A stretch of 64,000 nucleotides of DNA from the human T2T-CHM13v2.0 reference genome, Homo sapiens (GCF_009914755.1 NC_060932.1); one strand, 5' to 3'. Positions 28,501 through 43,247 are shown, counted from the stretch's first letter. Numbers and translations are program-made. The notes: a model not told the origin generated them from the letters alone.

Positions 28501-28954
28501 TACATGGATTAGGACAAAATTAGAGTTTAAAACATTTTGGGAAAGCTTTTGGCAAATAATTATGGCTCATTCATGTACAAAGAAATGCTTTAACCAAGCT
28601 GTAAGAACTGTTTAGCACATAGAAAGAAAATGGATACTATCACATGTGCCATTCTGATTAAATTGCAGTAGGGGCCTGGAGAGATGGAGGGAGCCTTCTC
28701 CCAGGCTCCAGCGATAGAAACATCATGGTTGATTAGGGCTCACTCATTCAAGCACAATTTACTGGTATTCACAACCCTTTCTCTCTTTCAAAGGAAAAGT
28801 AAATTGAAATTAACGGCAATTTCAGTAGTAAATGCCTTTCTTGAGAACCATAGCTACTGCATTACACTGATACAGGTATCCTGTGAGATACTTTCCTCTA
28901 AAATAGTAAAATGCTAAGCCTAAGGAAGAGGTTGTCTCGTACTTCGGTTACTAA

Positions 28955-29268
28955 TTTTTTTTATTTATTTGTTTATTTTTGAGACAGTGTCTCGTTCTGT
29001 CACCCAGGCTGCAGTGCAGTGGTGCGATCTCGGCTCACTTGCAACCTCTGTCTCCCAGGTTCAAGCGATTCTCCTGCCTCAGCCATGTGACTAGCTGGGA
29101 TTACAAGCACCACCACCACACCTGCCTGATTTTTGTATTTTTATAGATACGGGGTTTCCCCATGTTAGCCAGGCTGGTCTCGACCTCCTGGCCTCAAGCG
29201 AACAGCCCACCTCGACCTTCCAAAATGCTGGGAATACAGGCATGAGCCATGAGCCACTGCGCCCGGCC
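28955..29268 (-). mobile_element. AluS/J element
   Basis: Full dimer, with a 7-nt internal duplication CATGAGC-CATGAGC near its 5' end; degenerate TSD TTACTA. Confidence 0.92.
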
Positions 29269-29709
29269 TTTGCTTACTATGTTTTTTGTTTGTTTGTTTT
29301 TTTGTTTTTTTTTTTCCCCCACAGTGCTCAATGTGCATTATTAGATCTGACTTGTTTTAGAGTCTAAATGAAGAATAACCTTCCCAAGCCCACAACATTA
29401 AGTAATAAACACCTGGGAATGGCATAGAGTGAACCACCTTACTTTGTCCAGAGGCAAAACAGAATCACCTGTGTTTTGCATAATGTTGCTTCAGAGTCCA
29501 GAAAGCATCACCAAGAGTTACTATTCTTCTCTAAGAACAAAAAGCAAAGCACTTACTGCAACTCCCCAAACTGTCAATTATGGCAGAGCTCTTTGAAAAA
29601 GGTTGAGGATAGTGATAAGGGAAATGTATCAAATGAAATTAGTGAACAAAAAGAAAACTGAAGTATACTACTTCAAAATAAAACTCTTTAATTAGTTGCT
29701 TTTTATACA

Positions 29710-30217
29710 CAGATGATGCTAGAACAACAGGGGTTTCAATTTCATGGACACACTTATAAGCAGACTTTTTCACTAAAAGTTAGAGTGAGTGTGCCTGTCT
29801 CTCATGCTTCCCATTCCACCTGCTCCACCTCTACTGCCTCTGCTACTGCTGAGAAAGAAAGACAAATCCTTCCTCTTCTCCCTCCTCCTCAGCCTACTCA
29901 ACGTGATGATGAGCATGAAGAACTTTATGATGATCTACTTCTGCTTAATAAATAAATATATTTTCTCTTTCTTGTAATTTTTAAGTAACATTTTATTTCT
30001 CTAATTATGTAAGAATATATTATATATATGTATAACCTACAAAATATATGCTATTGATAACATAAGCAGTCGAAAGAAACCTTACTGATAGTATCAACAG
30101 TCAATTAACATCGCTAGGCTATTAGTAGTTACGTTTGGGGGGAGTTAAAATTTATAGGAAAATTTTCACCTATGTGGGGGATCAGCACCCCTAACCCTGT
30201 TGTTGAAGGGTCTACTG
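29710..30217. mobile_element. Tigger2-derived non-autonomous DNA transposon (Tigger2a/2b, MER28-like)
   Basis: Degenerate TIRs CAGATGATGCTAGAACAACA and TGTTGTTGAAGGGTCTACTG followed by TA; internal CCTCCTCCTCAGCCTACTCAACGTGA motif. Confidence 0.8.
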
Positions 30218-30354
30218 TACATTATTACAAATGAAGTGTGTATTTATGCATATTTACACACATAAATACATACATATATGCACATATAATACGTAATCAT
30301 GTATTTTGGGGGGAGCTTATAAATCAGCTAAACTTCTGAAAGTTCCCACACTCT

Positions 30355-31528
30355 TTTCTTTAAATTTATTTTATTATTATCATACTTTAAGTTTAGGGTA
30401 CATGTACACAATGTGCAGGTTAGTTACATATGTATACATGTGCCATGCTGGTGTGCTGCACCCATTAACTCGTCATTTAGCATTAGGTATATCTCCTAAT
30501 GCTATCCCTCCCCCCTCCCCCCACCCCACAACAGTCCCCAGAGTGTGATGTTCCCCTTCCTGTGTCCGTGTGTTCTCATTGTTCAATTCCCACCTATGAG
30601 TGAGAACATGTGGTGTTTGGTTTTTTGTCCTTGCGATAGTTTACTGAGAATGATGATTTCCAGTTTCATCCATGTCCCTACAAAGGACATGAACTCATCA
30701 TTTTTTGTGGCTGCATAGTATTCCATGGTGTATATGTGCCACATTTTCTTAATCCAGTCTATCATTGTTGGACATTTGGGTTGGTTCCAAGTCTTTGCTA
30801 TGGTGAATAGTGCCGCAATAAAAATACGTGTGCATGTGTCTTTATAGCAGCATGATTTATAGTCCTTTGGGTATATACCCAGTAATGGGATGGCTGGGTC
30901 AAATGGTATTTCTAGTTCTAGATCCCTGAGGAATCGCCACACTGACTTCCACAATGGTTGAACTAGTTTACAGTCCCACCAACAGTGTAAAAGTGTTCCT
31001 ATTTCTCCACATCCTCTCCAGCACCTGTTGTTTCCTGACTTTTTAATGATCGCCATTCTAACTGGTGTGAGATGGTATCTCATTGTGGTTTTGATGTGCA
31101 TTTCTCTGATGGCCAGTGATGGTGAGCATTTTTTCATGTGTTTTTTGGCTGCATAAATGTCTTCTTTTGAGAAGTGTCTGTTCATGTCCTTCGCCCACTT
31201 TTTGATGGGGTTATATTTTTCTTGTAAATTTGTTTGAGTTCATTGTAGATTCTGGATATTAGCCCTTTGTCAGATGAGTACGTTGCGAAACTTTTCTCCC
31301 ATTTTGTAGGTTGCCTGTTCACTCTGATGGTAGTTTCTTTTGCTGTGCAGAAGCTCTTTAGTTTAATTAGATCCAATTTGTCAATTTTGGCTTTTGTTGC
31401 CATTGCTTTTGATGTTTTAGACATGAAGTCCTTGCCCATGCCTATGTCCTGAATGGTAGTGCCTAGGTTTTCTTCTAGGGTTTTTATGGTTTTAGGACTA
31501 ACGTTTAAGTCTTTAATCCATCTTGAAT
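30355..31528 (-). mobile_element. 5'-truncated young L1PA (PA2/PA3-like), same sense as SGCZ
   Basis: Near-consensus 3' UTR and ORF2 C-terminus (ORF 30583-31185 with CWRGC...HCWWDC knuckle, ending SLIGGN); frameshift near 31185-31215; TSD CACTCTT at 30348-30354 and 31530-31536; TT/AAGA site. Confidence 0.96.
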
Positions 31529-34054
31529 CCACTCTTAAAAATTCGAGTAGAGATGAAAAATCTTCTGTGAATAATTTGTCTTTAATACTTTTCAGAGAGT
31601 AAAAATGTCTATTATTTATCAATAAGCATGCCAATCATCTATATGATATTCAATTTTATTCAAAATAATTTATATGGCAAAACATATATATATATATAAA
31701 CAAATAATTTAGCTTTTATTTATTTAGGTCTTTCTTATCTCAAATATTTCTATTTTCCCATTTTGAGGTATGCAATTATGTATGATGCCTTAAATTATTT
31801 TTGTAACAGGGCAGGTATTAAACGTAATATTGTGGTTTTGTTTTGTTTTGTTTCATTTTGTTTTTTCTGGGCATGACTCTGTTATGGATGCAAGAATATA
31901 AGTCCTATTCTTTATCTCAGGGAGCTCAACATTTACTTAAATATTAAACGTTAATATAAATTGCAGACTGAGGCATGAAATCACTGCTACAAACCACATA
32001 GATTTAAATAGCAAAAGGGGGAATAACTACTAGGTGTTAGACTTGAGAGGCAGATGAATTAGATACGGCATTGAAAGACAAGTAAAATTTAAATCATGAA
32101 AAGAGAGGACATGATTTACAAGGCGCAGAAAGCACAGGTAACCCGAGAAAGTCATGAAAGCTGGAATTTGCAAATTATGGTTGTGTGGTAAGTAGGTTGA
32201 GAGTATGTCTTGATTTTTATGATGTGGATTTGGGTTAGAGATCTTGGAGGGCTTACATTCTAGGCTAAGATTTTTTAAATGTATGATAAATAATGCATGT
32301 GTAACAGAGAATACAGGAGGAATTTGAGCTAGTGACTACATATATGCCATTAATGTATTGTGAGCATTGACATAAGGAACACAGGGAGACAGATGAGAAA
32401 CGTGACATGAGGAAACAAGGTAATTACAAATGATTAGGTTACAAAGTAATCTTATTTTGAGCAAAGATGTCAAAAGTTAAAATAAAAGAGTTGTGCGGTC
32501 TTCAGGGCCAAAAGCACGCTAAATTTAATTTTTTTATTCATAGTATCTAGAGTAGTACCTAGAATATAGTAGAATTCCATAATTACACATAAAGAAGGGG
32601 AAAGGGAAGGTAGAAAACAGTTATTAAACACATTTTCCGTGATAGGAATTAGGCTAGGAAATAGCACATACAGTATTCACTGTATGATCACAATGACAGA
32701 GATAAGTACTATTATTCCCAATTTTGTAGAAAGAAACAGAATATGTAAGGTTAGGAAATTTACTTACAGTCATTTGTTAAATAAATCTTAAGACTTATAA
32801 AGCAACTAGTTTTGCATAAATCTTGAGCCCAGGTACTTTAGCCAGGTACAACATTGGGCTACAAGAAATAGAAAAAATCTAACTCATTCAACTTACAGGA
32901 TGAGGATGCTTCAAGGTCACAGAATAAATGTGAAGTATTCTGAAAAGGTCAATACTTAACTGATCCCTGCATTTAGATAATCTCTACTAATAAACATTAG
33001 CTTTTTGTTATGATAACAAGGAAACTCTCAGTAAAATTTAGCTTCGGCGTTAAATGTACTTTTCAAGAAGCATTCTTCTGGTTCTCTAGTTATTTTCCCC
33101 ACTTAAATATAAAAACTTCAGACTGTTTTTGTTTCATATATTTGTACTATTCATCTTGAATCATCAGCTGTAGCTCTGTGACATTTTAGCAAAGTTTTTG
33201 GATGAAGAAAATTTCATACTGTATTTATTTTACCTTTGTAGTTCTGAAAATAATAAATTATAATGTTTATACTTCTTTCTATTTTTTCTATTTTCATTGT
33301 AGGGCTACACAACTATTTCAATACATTATGACTCCCATATTATGAATATGGTATTTCTCCAAAGGTTGCAATATTCCTAATTGTTAAGAGACTTGAAATG
33401 GAACCAAGGCAAAAATAAACCTATTAATGTATTTTAGTGTCTTTTAAAGTTTTACTCTCAGCCTACAAAGGTTATTATTTTATGAAAAATATATCAGACT
33501 CATTCTCTGAAAGAAAATTTAATTACAATTGAAATTAATGTTACAGAGTTCAAACATTAACAAAAAATATATAATGTTTCTTAATACATTTAATACTCAA
33601 CGATTAATTGTTTATTGCCACAAAAGAGGTAAGATGATTCAATGAAAACAAAGCAAAAAGTTCATGTGATTGTCAATTCTGTTTCGTAGCAAACCATGAA
33701 CACTCAAGAAGTAGATTTATTAATAAATCACCTTCAGTAAATCATGCAGTGGTGAAGTTGGCCACACAGTTGCTTTTATTTCAATTTTTTAAGACAAAGA
33801 ACAATATCAAAGAAAGTCACCTGGTGGCATTATATCTCCAAAAGCAAATAAAAAAGAATGGGGGCAATCATGTACAGATAATTTTATTTAAAACAAAATG
33901 TCCAGCAATACTAAGTTAAAAGGATAACGGACTAGTTAATCCTATTAACTATACACGCAGCTGAGAATAATTCTACTTCATAATCATCGTTGTCTTATAT
34001 TTCATGCTATAATCATTAAATTAATTGAAAACGTATGCTGCATATATAAAATAC

Positions 34055-34368
34055 TTTTTGGGTTTTTGTTTGTTTTGTTTTTGTTTTTCCCTCAGAGTCT
34101 CACTCTGTCACCCAGGCTGGAGTGTAGTGGCCCGATCTCTGTTGACTGCAAACTCTACCTCCTGGGCTCAAGTGATTCTTGTGTCTCAGACTCCCAAGTA
34201 GCTAGGACTACAGGCGTGTGTCATCACAACAGGCTAATTTTTGTGTTTTTAATAGAGACAGGGTTTTTCCATGTTGGCCAGGCTGGTCTTGACTCTTGGG
34301 CTCAAGCAATCTGCCCGCCTAGGCTTTCCAAAGTGTTGGGATTGCAGGCATTAGCCACCACGCCCAGC
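34055..34368 (-). mobile_element. AluJ-like
   Basis: Diverged dimer with TTG-rich tail; GGGCTCAAG J-type positions. Confidence 0.88.
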
Positions 34369-35247
34369 GCAAAATATGCTTTCATTTATTAATTTTAAAT
34401 ATTATCATTTTAAGCATTTTTAATTAAAAAACAAATGAAACTACTAAGAAAAATAATAGTCATCATAAATGCAAAGTGATGCAAAGTTAGGCAAAGAACA
34501 GCTTTCCATGGAAGGACCTCAGGATGTCTCATTACTGTGGTCAAAACTGCATGTTTAAGTGGATGACAATACTGGTACTAAAAATGTATTGTATATCACT
34601 TTCTTTTATGAAATATCTACGTTTTAAGCATTATGCATAATATTATTCATAAATTAGTTCTTTGTTTTCTTCCCAATTTTCTTAGCCAATTTCCTCAAAT
34701 GCTACTGACATAGAATATAATTAAAACGAGGAAATTTTGACAGATTAATAAAGTTCGTAGTGGTGATTACCTAGTTAAATTGCAAATTATACAAGGTCAT
34801 GTCATCATATAGAACAAATTCACTAAAATATACTCTTTGGAAAGTCATATTATTTACAGAATATCCTTATGTGTTTCTTACATTAAAAAAAAAACGAAAT
34901 AAACTTGGATTTTATTATTCATTTATTTTACAACCAAGAGAACAATTTCTAAAGTTAGGCATAAGCATTAAAGACTTAATATATACCGTCTCTAATACAT
35001 ATTTTATGTATGTGTCATATAAAATTTCCTCATTACATAATGAGAGGGGTTTACACAATTGCTAAATGATAATAAAGTTTCAACCAAACTTCTACTATAT
35101 CTTAGTAGAAGATATAGCCAGATTTTTAAAAAACTGAAAAAAATGTTTAATTAAAAAAACAAAAGAAAATATTGTAAAATGCGTTCCACGAATGTGTTAA
35201 TATGAAATTATCTACACTTGCATTTGGAGCTAAAAAAAAAAAAAAAA

Positions 35248-35372
35248 GTTTGGGTGTTGTGGCTCACAGATGTAATTCCAGTACTTTGGGAGACGAAGGC
35301 AGGAATATGGCTTAAGCCTAGGAGTTTGAGACAAGCTGGACAACACAGGGAGACCTGCCTCTACCAAAAATT
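35248..35372 (+). mobile_element. FLAM / Alu left monomer
   Basis: GTGGCTCACAGATGTAATTCCAGTACTTTGGGAG...CCTAGGAGTTTGAGAC...CTCTACCAAAAA. Confidence 0.8.
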
Positions 35373-36868
35373 AATTTTAAGATATGCTTACAACTTGTTT
35401 ATATATTGTTAGTAACTCTTTTAACAGCACATGCTGTTTTGCTTAGCCACACAGTGACAGTCTTATTGCAGTGAACTTTAAACCTTGCAGCCATGGATAG
35501 AATATATGCAGCCAATCTAATAGGAAGCAGATGTAATACTTCACCTCTCTTTTATTAATTTAGTTATGTCTTAGGTCACTGATTTTTAAATGATGTTCAA
35601 TACTAAGTGTAATTCATAAATCAGGAAGATGAGACTTACAAAAAGTCTTCTTTTTAACAGGCTCAAAATAACAAATATGAAAATATTTCAGCAAATAGTT
35701 TTGCTATTTTGGTTTACCAAATGCATTGTATTATAAACTGAGTTTTTGGGCAAGCTTGTAAGAGACTCAAAGTTGCATCCACTGTTTCCTTGTCAGTTTT
35801 ATAGAATATTTCATGGGTAACATCTTTCTCAATGGCTTTCAGTGGCATCTTTACAAAAAGATGTTTAAAAAGTTGAGCGATAATATTAGAAATTTTTATA
35901 CAGAATTAATTTATACACATATATATTTCAAACATTTTTGCTAGAGATCATTAATTCAGACTGTTTCAGGTATATTAGTAAGAATTTTGTGTCTATGTTA
36001 TTAGACCAAATTAGAATATGATCAAATTTTTCAGGAATAGCCATTGATTACCCAGAAGAAAAAAAAAAAACTGCCTCATCCATCTACTAAAAGTCCCAGT
36101 CTGTCTTTAAAGGAGTGGATTTGCATAAAATCAAGATTTCAGGAAATGGTATACTTGATTTAATGTTGCCAAGAAAGTAATGACCAGCACAATCAATAAG
36201 TAAGTTTCTTGAATTAACACCACCAAGAGATTTCAAAATTTATGATATAGGTAAACACATCATTTGAAAGTAAATACAGGAAAACTTTGATTTATTTATT
36301 CAGTGAATACATTAATAATCAGAATAAACAATAACGATAATTTAGTTCACTAATTAAAAATTTTGCCCTAGAACATTTTATGTGATTCAAATATTACAAC
36401 AAAGCTACATTACTTTCATGAGCAAATAGAATGTTTAAACTACTTGGGCAAATAAAATAAAGTAAAAATGAGAAAAGAAAAGAGAAAATGGCAAAAAAGC
36501 AAGAAATAAAAACGTTAGGAAGGGAGGAGGAACAGAATGGAAGAAATGTCATCTCTCTGAATTTTAACTGCCTTGTAAAATAATTCTCAACAAGAAATGT
36601 AGTCTGTGTAGTCTAATAGATTGATAACAAAGAATTTTTTTAATAACATGAAAATGTAAATTATTTTTAGAATGTTATCAATTAAATTTACCCTCTGGGA
36701 TTTGGTACACTCATCCTCAGTCTTAGTCTCTAATTAAAGGGAAAATAATTATAATCGATACTACCTCTGACTATGACATGGAAAATTTGTCAAATATAAT
36801 TCAGATCGTTACATTTGCTATGGTGTATGATGAGTACAATGAATTTTTTCTCTTTTTGCCTACCACTA

Positions 36869-37246
<378 letters not shown>

Positions 37247-37329
37247 TTAGAACTCATTTCCTAATAATACCAACCAAACTTAATGACATTCACCAGAAAT
37301 GTCTGAAGAAAAAAACATGTATTAGATTT

Positions 37330-37480
37330 AGATAATATAGCTTTGGAATCAGACATAACTGAATTTTAGACAATACTGGTTCAGGCAGTCTTTCAAAAAT
37401 GAATCTTGAGCAAATTACTTGATCTCTTTAAACTTTAGATTTCTTATTTTTAAAATTGAGGGAGAAGTATGACTAATCTA
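37330..37480 (+). mobile_element. MIR fragment
   Basis: GCTTTGGAATCAGAC...CTTGAGCAAATTACTTGATCTCT...TTTCTTATTTTTAAAAT. Confidence 0.55.
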
Positions 37481-38542
37481 AACTTTATTATTATTACGCA
37501 TAATATTCATAGTTGCATTTAATTTGGAGGAACATAGACATTTCCTTCAGTGGACTACAACCCTGTAAATATTCTTAAGAAATTACAGTAAAAGAAAAAC
37601 ACACAGCACAAACTATTCTACTAGGGAGATGTATATGGATAAATCTTGAAATATGTTATCCATCACTTTCGTTTTATGTATGTGGAAATTAAGGCCAAGA
37701 AGAAATCTTCCGTATTTTGCCCAACTAGATATGGCACTGACAGAATTTGAAACAAACTTCTTAGTCCAGGTTTCTTTATTGACTCCTGTAATTCCTTTCA
37801 CCCAGTTTTAAGAGCAATTTGATGATTATGAAGCCAACTCTTTGCCCTACGGAGTGATTCAACTGACCTGGCTGAATAGTAGGTTTTCCTTCTTTCTTTG
37901 CTACTTTATGTGTGTACAGTAGTAAGAATTGACTTCCCAAATTGATGAGGATTGTTCTTTGGTAAAAAAAAGAACAGTAATAATCAAGTATTTTTATATT
38001 TTTACATCATTCAAAAATATGCTATGGACAATTTGAATCCAAGAAAAAATAGATTTAAATATCTTATGTCTACTAGGACAGAGGATATGAATAAAAAAGC
38101 AAAAATAATATGGTGTGGTAAGTCATAAATTCCTTAGCACATAAACAGGAGTTAAAGAAAAAATTATAAAGAAGCTCATGACAGAGCAATTGTTAATATT
38201 TTGGAAATATCTGGAAGGATTTTTCTAAAAGATGTAAGGTATACATTTTAATTGGTCAAGAAATATTGTTGTCTGTGTTTCATTATATGTACAGCACAGT
38301 AGTATGCACTATGAAGAATTAATAAAATCAAGTTCTTTTACTCAGATACGTGATATTAATTCTTTAAAATTATGTTTTTTATTATTTAATCTATTATTTC
38401 TTCTTTCTATATTATTGCTTATAATTCAAATAGTGGACTAGAGTTTGTTTTAAAGTGTATTTTATAACAATGAAACAACAAATGGCAAAACCATTAAAAT
38501 CTTCAATCGAGTTGTATATTCTCTTTGTAGATATATTTCCTA

Positions 38543-38818
38543 GTACATATATATGTATAAACAGTATATACTATATGTACTATATATATGACATTATACT
38601 ATATACTGTCATAGTATATACTATATATAATATAGTATCTGTACTTTATAATATATATGAATATATGATATATAATATATCATGAATATGTATTCATATT
38701 ATGAATAATATGTCATATATTATAAAGTACTTATACTATATATGTCATATATTATAAAGTACATACACTATATATGTCATATATGTGCTATATAATGTAT
38801 ATAATGTCATAAATATAT
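38543..38818. repeat. TA-rich low-complexity tract with 32-bp tandem repeat and inverted arms
   Basis: About 2.4 copies of TATGTCATATATTATAAAGTAC(T/A)TA(T/C)ACTATA at 38709-38784; 16-bp perfect inverted arm at 38641-38656. Confidence 0.9.
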
Positions 38819-40915
38819 GCAAACACATATTTTTCTTTATGTAACACTTTTCACAAATATTATGCCATCATTTTTTTTTCAGGCAAAAATGAGATTCCAA
38901 GAGACTTGCTCAATGTTGTGAAATAATAAATGAGAAACAGGACAAGAGACCAGAGTCATCTAATAAATCTTATTCACTATTCAATGTCTTTTATTTTCTC
39001 TCTTCATAAATATGATTATAAATAGTTGAAAGGATTACAATCATTTAACAATATCAAATAAACTACCTATAAATTTGATCCTTCTTTTTAAAGATTTGGA
39101 TATTTCTCTGATTCCTCTGGAAATTGCAAACTAAGTCTACTTAGAAATTAAATATTATGTTTTACTGAAATTCCTAACTTTAATAATCCAGGCCCCTTTT
39201 AAACAAATGAATTGATATGTTATTAATCTTATATTTCACATCATAATGCTCATTTCTAGAGCTCGTGCATTTCCTAGATTTGCTAATAGTTGAGTTATAA
39301 AGGCTTAATTGAAAAGGTACAAAAAATATTTTAAAACCCTGATCAAAACCTAGAAAAGATGTTTTATCCTCGAAATATAAATTATACACAAAATAGTTTG
39401 TGATGTAAGCACAATATTTTATTCTTCAAATTTATTTTAAGAATCATAAGATGTTTGCACCTTATGCAAACGTTATTGATAACATTAACATTTTTATAAA
39501 TCACTTCACTATGAATGAATGCCAGTAAAAATTAAAGTGCAAAGTTTTAACTCAAAATATAAAGCTTCCTGCATAATTTTAATGCTTGAAAGTTAAATAA
39601 GCTAGAGAAAATAAACTTCAGCCATTATGAAAAGCACTTTTGACATTCATGTCAACGAGACTTAAGTCAGCATGTCTCTTCTGATAGTGCAATTTGCTTT
39701 CCTCTATATTGTCGATTATAATTCCACTTTCCTGCTAAGTCCATACAATTAGATTACTACAGGGACTTCATTACAGCCACAGGGAGGACAGCAGCTGAGG
39801 TACACAATTTTCTTCCTATGATGCCAGCAATAGTAAACAGTTATTGGAACAATTGTCTACAAAGGAGCAATAAAAGCTGCTGCATTAAATATTGTTGTGT
39901 CATTATATCATCTCCCAAAATATAGCAAAGACTTGAAAAATGTCAATGCCAGGAAAATTTTGCTTTTCCCACTTGTCTGTTTTGCTAAGTTTCCTATAAA
40001 TCAGTTGTTTTTCATTTATTCATTTAAACATAATTCAGACTACACATTATCTCCAGGCCTTAGATTCCTAGTTTTAAAATGAGGGGAGTGAAGAATTTAT
40101 AAATATTTGATGTCTCTCCAAATAAATCTTCAACAATGAAGAATAATGATACATTCTTCTGTATTAGATTGCTGCTTGCTCATAACAATATAAATTTCAG
40201 AGCTAAAGTTTACATCTTATTGTCATATAGTCCAATGTATTTTCTACTGTCATTGCTTTAAAGTATACATGCTACATTTCATATTCAGGATTCTATTTTC
40301 AATTGGCATTCTAATGTAATTCTTTCTTAATTTTACAAAGTTTATCTCTTCCAAGTTTTTATGCTCAATTTTTTTTCATCAGCCTTGGTATATCTCATGC
40401 ATATTATCGAGTCTTAAAACACCTAGCATATTTTATTACTTTCCTTATTCAAAAAAAAATCTGTAAAACCAAACAAAAAAATAAACTTTTAAGCAAAACA
40501 AATCAGATTAATAGTAATAAAATTTCTTTTACCAATATTCCATGACACTTTTAGTGGAAAAATTTCATTTTATGTGACATTAACATCTAACTAAATTTTA
40601 CTGAGTGGTTATTAGTGGTTGGGCATTGAGATCAGAGATTGCAAAACTACTGAAGGAAATCAGAGTGGCTCTTAGCAGTGTTCAGAGTTTAATCAGACAG
40701 ACTAGAAGACAAACAATTACAGTACAGGGCAAAAAGCATCACATAATGTTTCTTAGCTCACTGGTATGAATCCATTTGTCTTTAGATATTTCAGACATCA
40801 GTTTCTCTACTGTGTGAAACTACCGCAATTGTTGGTTTCTGTTGTCTCTGACTTAGTGCCTTTACATTGGTACTGAATTATCATTGTCAAATAATATCAA
40901 CCACACCTGCCCTGG

Positions 40916-41357
40916 TGTGGTCAGCTGAATAATGCACCTCCTCACCCCCAAAGATGTCCAGATTCCAATGCCTAGAACCTATGAACATGTTACTTTACAT
41001 GGTAACAGGGACTCTGTAGATGTGAATAAATTAGATATCTTGATAGAGTTTATCCTGGATCATCACAAAGCTCCGTTGTAAAAGGAAGCAAGAGAATCCG
41101 TTGGTAGCAGCAGATAGACAATGATGAGAGAAGCAAGTGGTTGGAGGGATTTGAGGAAAAGGCTACTAACCAAGAAAAGTAGGCTGACTTTAGAAGCTGA
41201 AAAAGGACATGGATTCTCCCCTTGACCCTCCAGCAGACACAGAACTTCTGGCGTCTTGATTTTAGATGTCTGATCTCCAGAACGGTAACAGTATAGATCT
41301 GTTTTAAGTCACTAAGTTTGTAGTAATTTGTTTTAGCGGCAATGGGAAACAAACACA
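40916..41357 (+). mobile_element. MaLR solo LTR, MLT1D-like
   Basis: TGTGGTCAGCTGAATAATG...CCCAAAGATGTCC...TTTAAGTCACTAAGTTTGTAGTAATTTG...AAACACA; TSD CCTGG/CCTGC. Confidence 0.85.
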
Positions 41358-41681
41358 CCTGCTTTCCAAGAAAATTTTAATTAAAATATTTTCTTTGATT
41401 CTCATGTCACAGGTATTAATTTTCAATTTGGAAAGGATGGCGACAGTGGTGAAGGTGTAAGTGTTTCCAAAATATTAGGAAGTCTTGTATGTGAAAGAAA
41501 GAAAATCTACACAATGTAAATGAAAAATAATTATTAAACAAAATCAATAAATAACAAAACCAACTATACATTAGAACATATTACATATTGAAACATTTTA
41601 CATTGGATTGAATTTTATCCCTAGACTGCTTCCCTAAGGGAATAGACTGAATTTGGTTGAAAGGGTACTTATTTGAGGAGT

Positions 41682-42035
41682 CAGCAGTTTTCAGACTTGG
41701 GTGTGTATCAGAATCACCTAGGGAACTTTTTAATATACAAATGGCTAGGGCAGGTGCCGTGGCTCATGCCTATAATCCCCGCACTTTGGGAGGCCGAGAT
41801 TGCTGGATCACTTGAGGTCAGGAGTTCGAGAGCAGTCTGGCCCACATGGTGAAACCCTGTCTCTTCTAAAAATACAAAAATTAGCCAGGCGTGGTGGCAC
41901 ACGCCTGTGGACCCCACTACTCAGGAGGCTGACGTGGGAGAACTGCTTCAGCCCGGGAGGTGGAGGTTACAGTGAGTCGAGATTAGGCTATTGCACTCCA
42001 GCCTGCGCAACAGAGCAAGACTCCATCTCAAAAAA

Positions 42036-42074
<39 letters not shown>

Positions 42075-42205
42075 AATAAAACAAAATACAAATGGTTGAA
42101 CCCCGCCTCCCAAGTTTGACTTGACAGCCAAGGATTTGCATCTTTATCAAGTTTGGGGATGATGTTGATGCTACTGGTCCAGGGACCTAACCTTAGGAAA
42201 CACTG
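41682..42205. mobile_element. MER5A-like hAT-Charlie MITE split by an Alu
   Basis: CAGCAGTTTTCAGACTT...ATCAGAATCACCTAGGGAAC on the left; GATGTTGATGCTACTGGTCCAGGGACC...AAACACTG on the right. Confidence 0.75.
41748..42085 (+). mobile_element. AluS with (TAAA)n tail
   Basis: Full dimer; TSD ATACAAATGG at 41735-41744 and 42086-42095. Confidence 0.93.
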
Positions 42206-43244
42206 ATGTAGCATTAAAAAAAAACATGAAAACTGGAAGATCTGGGTTCATATAATATTTCTGTCACTTTCTAACTATGTAATACCTTAACTTCAGTGAT
42301 TTTCAGTTTTCTTTCTGCCCAATCTCACAATTCCACTGGGAGGATCAAACAAGAAAATATAATTCCCGTGGACTATAAAGCCATATAAAAGCATGGTGAT
42401 GATGCATAATTAATAGAAGCAAGCAGTTTATGTCTATGGTCATGTTATTTGATACTCTGGATAGTTTTCTCCTAATTGATGTATTTATTTGCGACTTTTC
42501 AGGCACTCTAAAAGGACATGGGTTACTTTTCAAATTAAAAATAAAATATGAATAACTGTCTGTGCGTTGGGGGTGTCTTGCATATGTGTGTGCTTGTGTG
42601 TGTAAATACTATTACGTGAATTCTAGTAATTCAGTGTTTCCTGATTAAAGAGACTATGCAATGTTATGACGTAAGACGTTTTCCTTAAAAATTTTTTTAC
42701 CAACAATTACATATTATTTTCTGTGTCTCTATTACAGAGACACTGTTATATTGCTGTAAGTCACTTTTGATAACTCAATAGAGACTTGGCAAGGAGAAAA
42801 GGAGAAATTTCCATATCCTAATTAGTAAAGCCTTTATTATATATTTTATATTTTTTTCTGTAGTAAAATACTTCATCTAATACTTTTTGAATTATAGAAA
42901 TGGCTTTACTTATTTCTATACTGTTTCCTAATTTGTTATCACCTCAAAATTGTATTAACATCAATAATGATGACAAATGAAACTGGAATTAGTTCTACCC
43001 TTTCAAGTGTCCCCCTAGACTATTTTTCTCCTGGAGAACCACTGTCATCCACTACTCTTTATGTAAAGCCCTTCAGGCAAGATTAAATACAAGTCATTTC
43101 AAAATAACAGTATTTTTTTGGAAAACATATTAAATATTTCCTCAATGTCAAGATGCACCCACATCTGGTAAGGTACCAAAACAAGTGCATATGTATCTGT
43201 GTCTTTGTGTTTGTACTCACATATATATAAATGCCTAACATGCA

Positions 43245-43247
<3 letters not shown>

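Noticed and set aside
30583-31634. L1 ORF2 ORFs as an active element or host gene
   Set aside because: 5'-truncated and frameshifted; lacks promoter, ORF1, endonuclease and RT domains.
33726-33735. Partial match to miR-383, which is hosted in an SGCZ intron
   Set aside because: Only 10 nt (AATCACCTTC) match the recalled reverse complement and the precursor is absent; I did not see MIR383 in this window.
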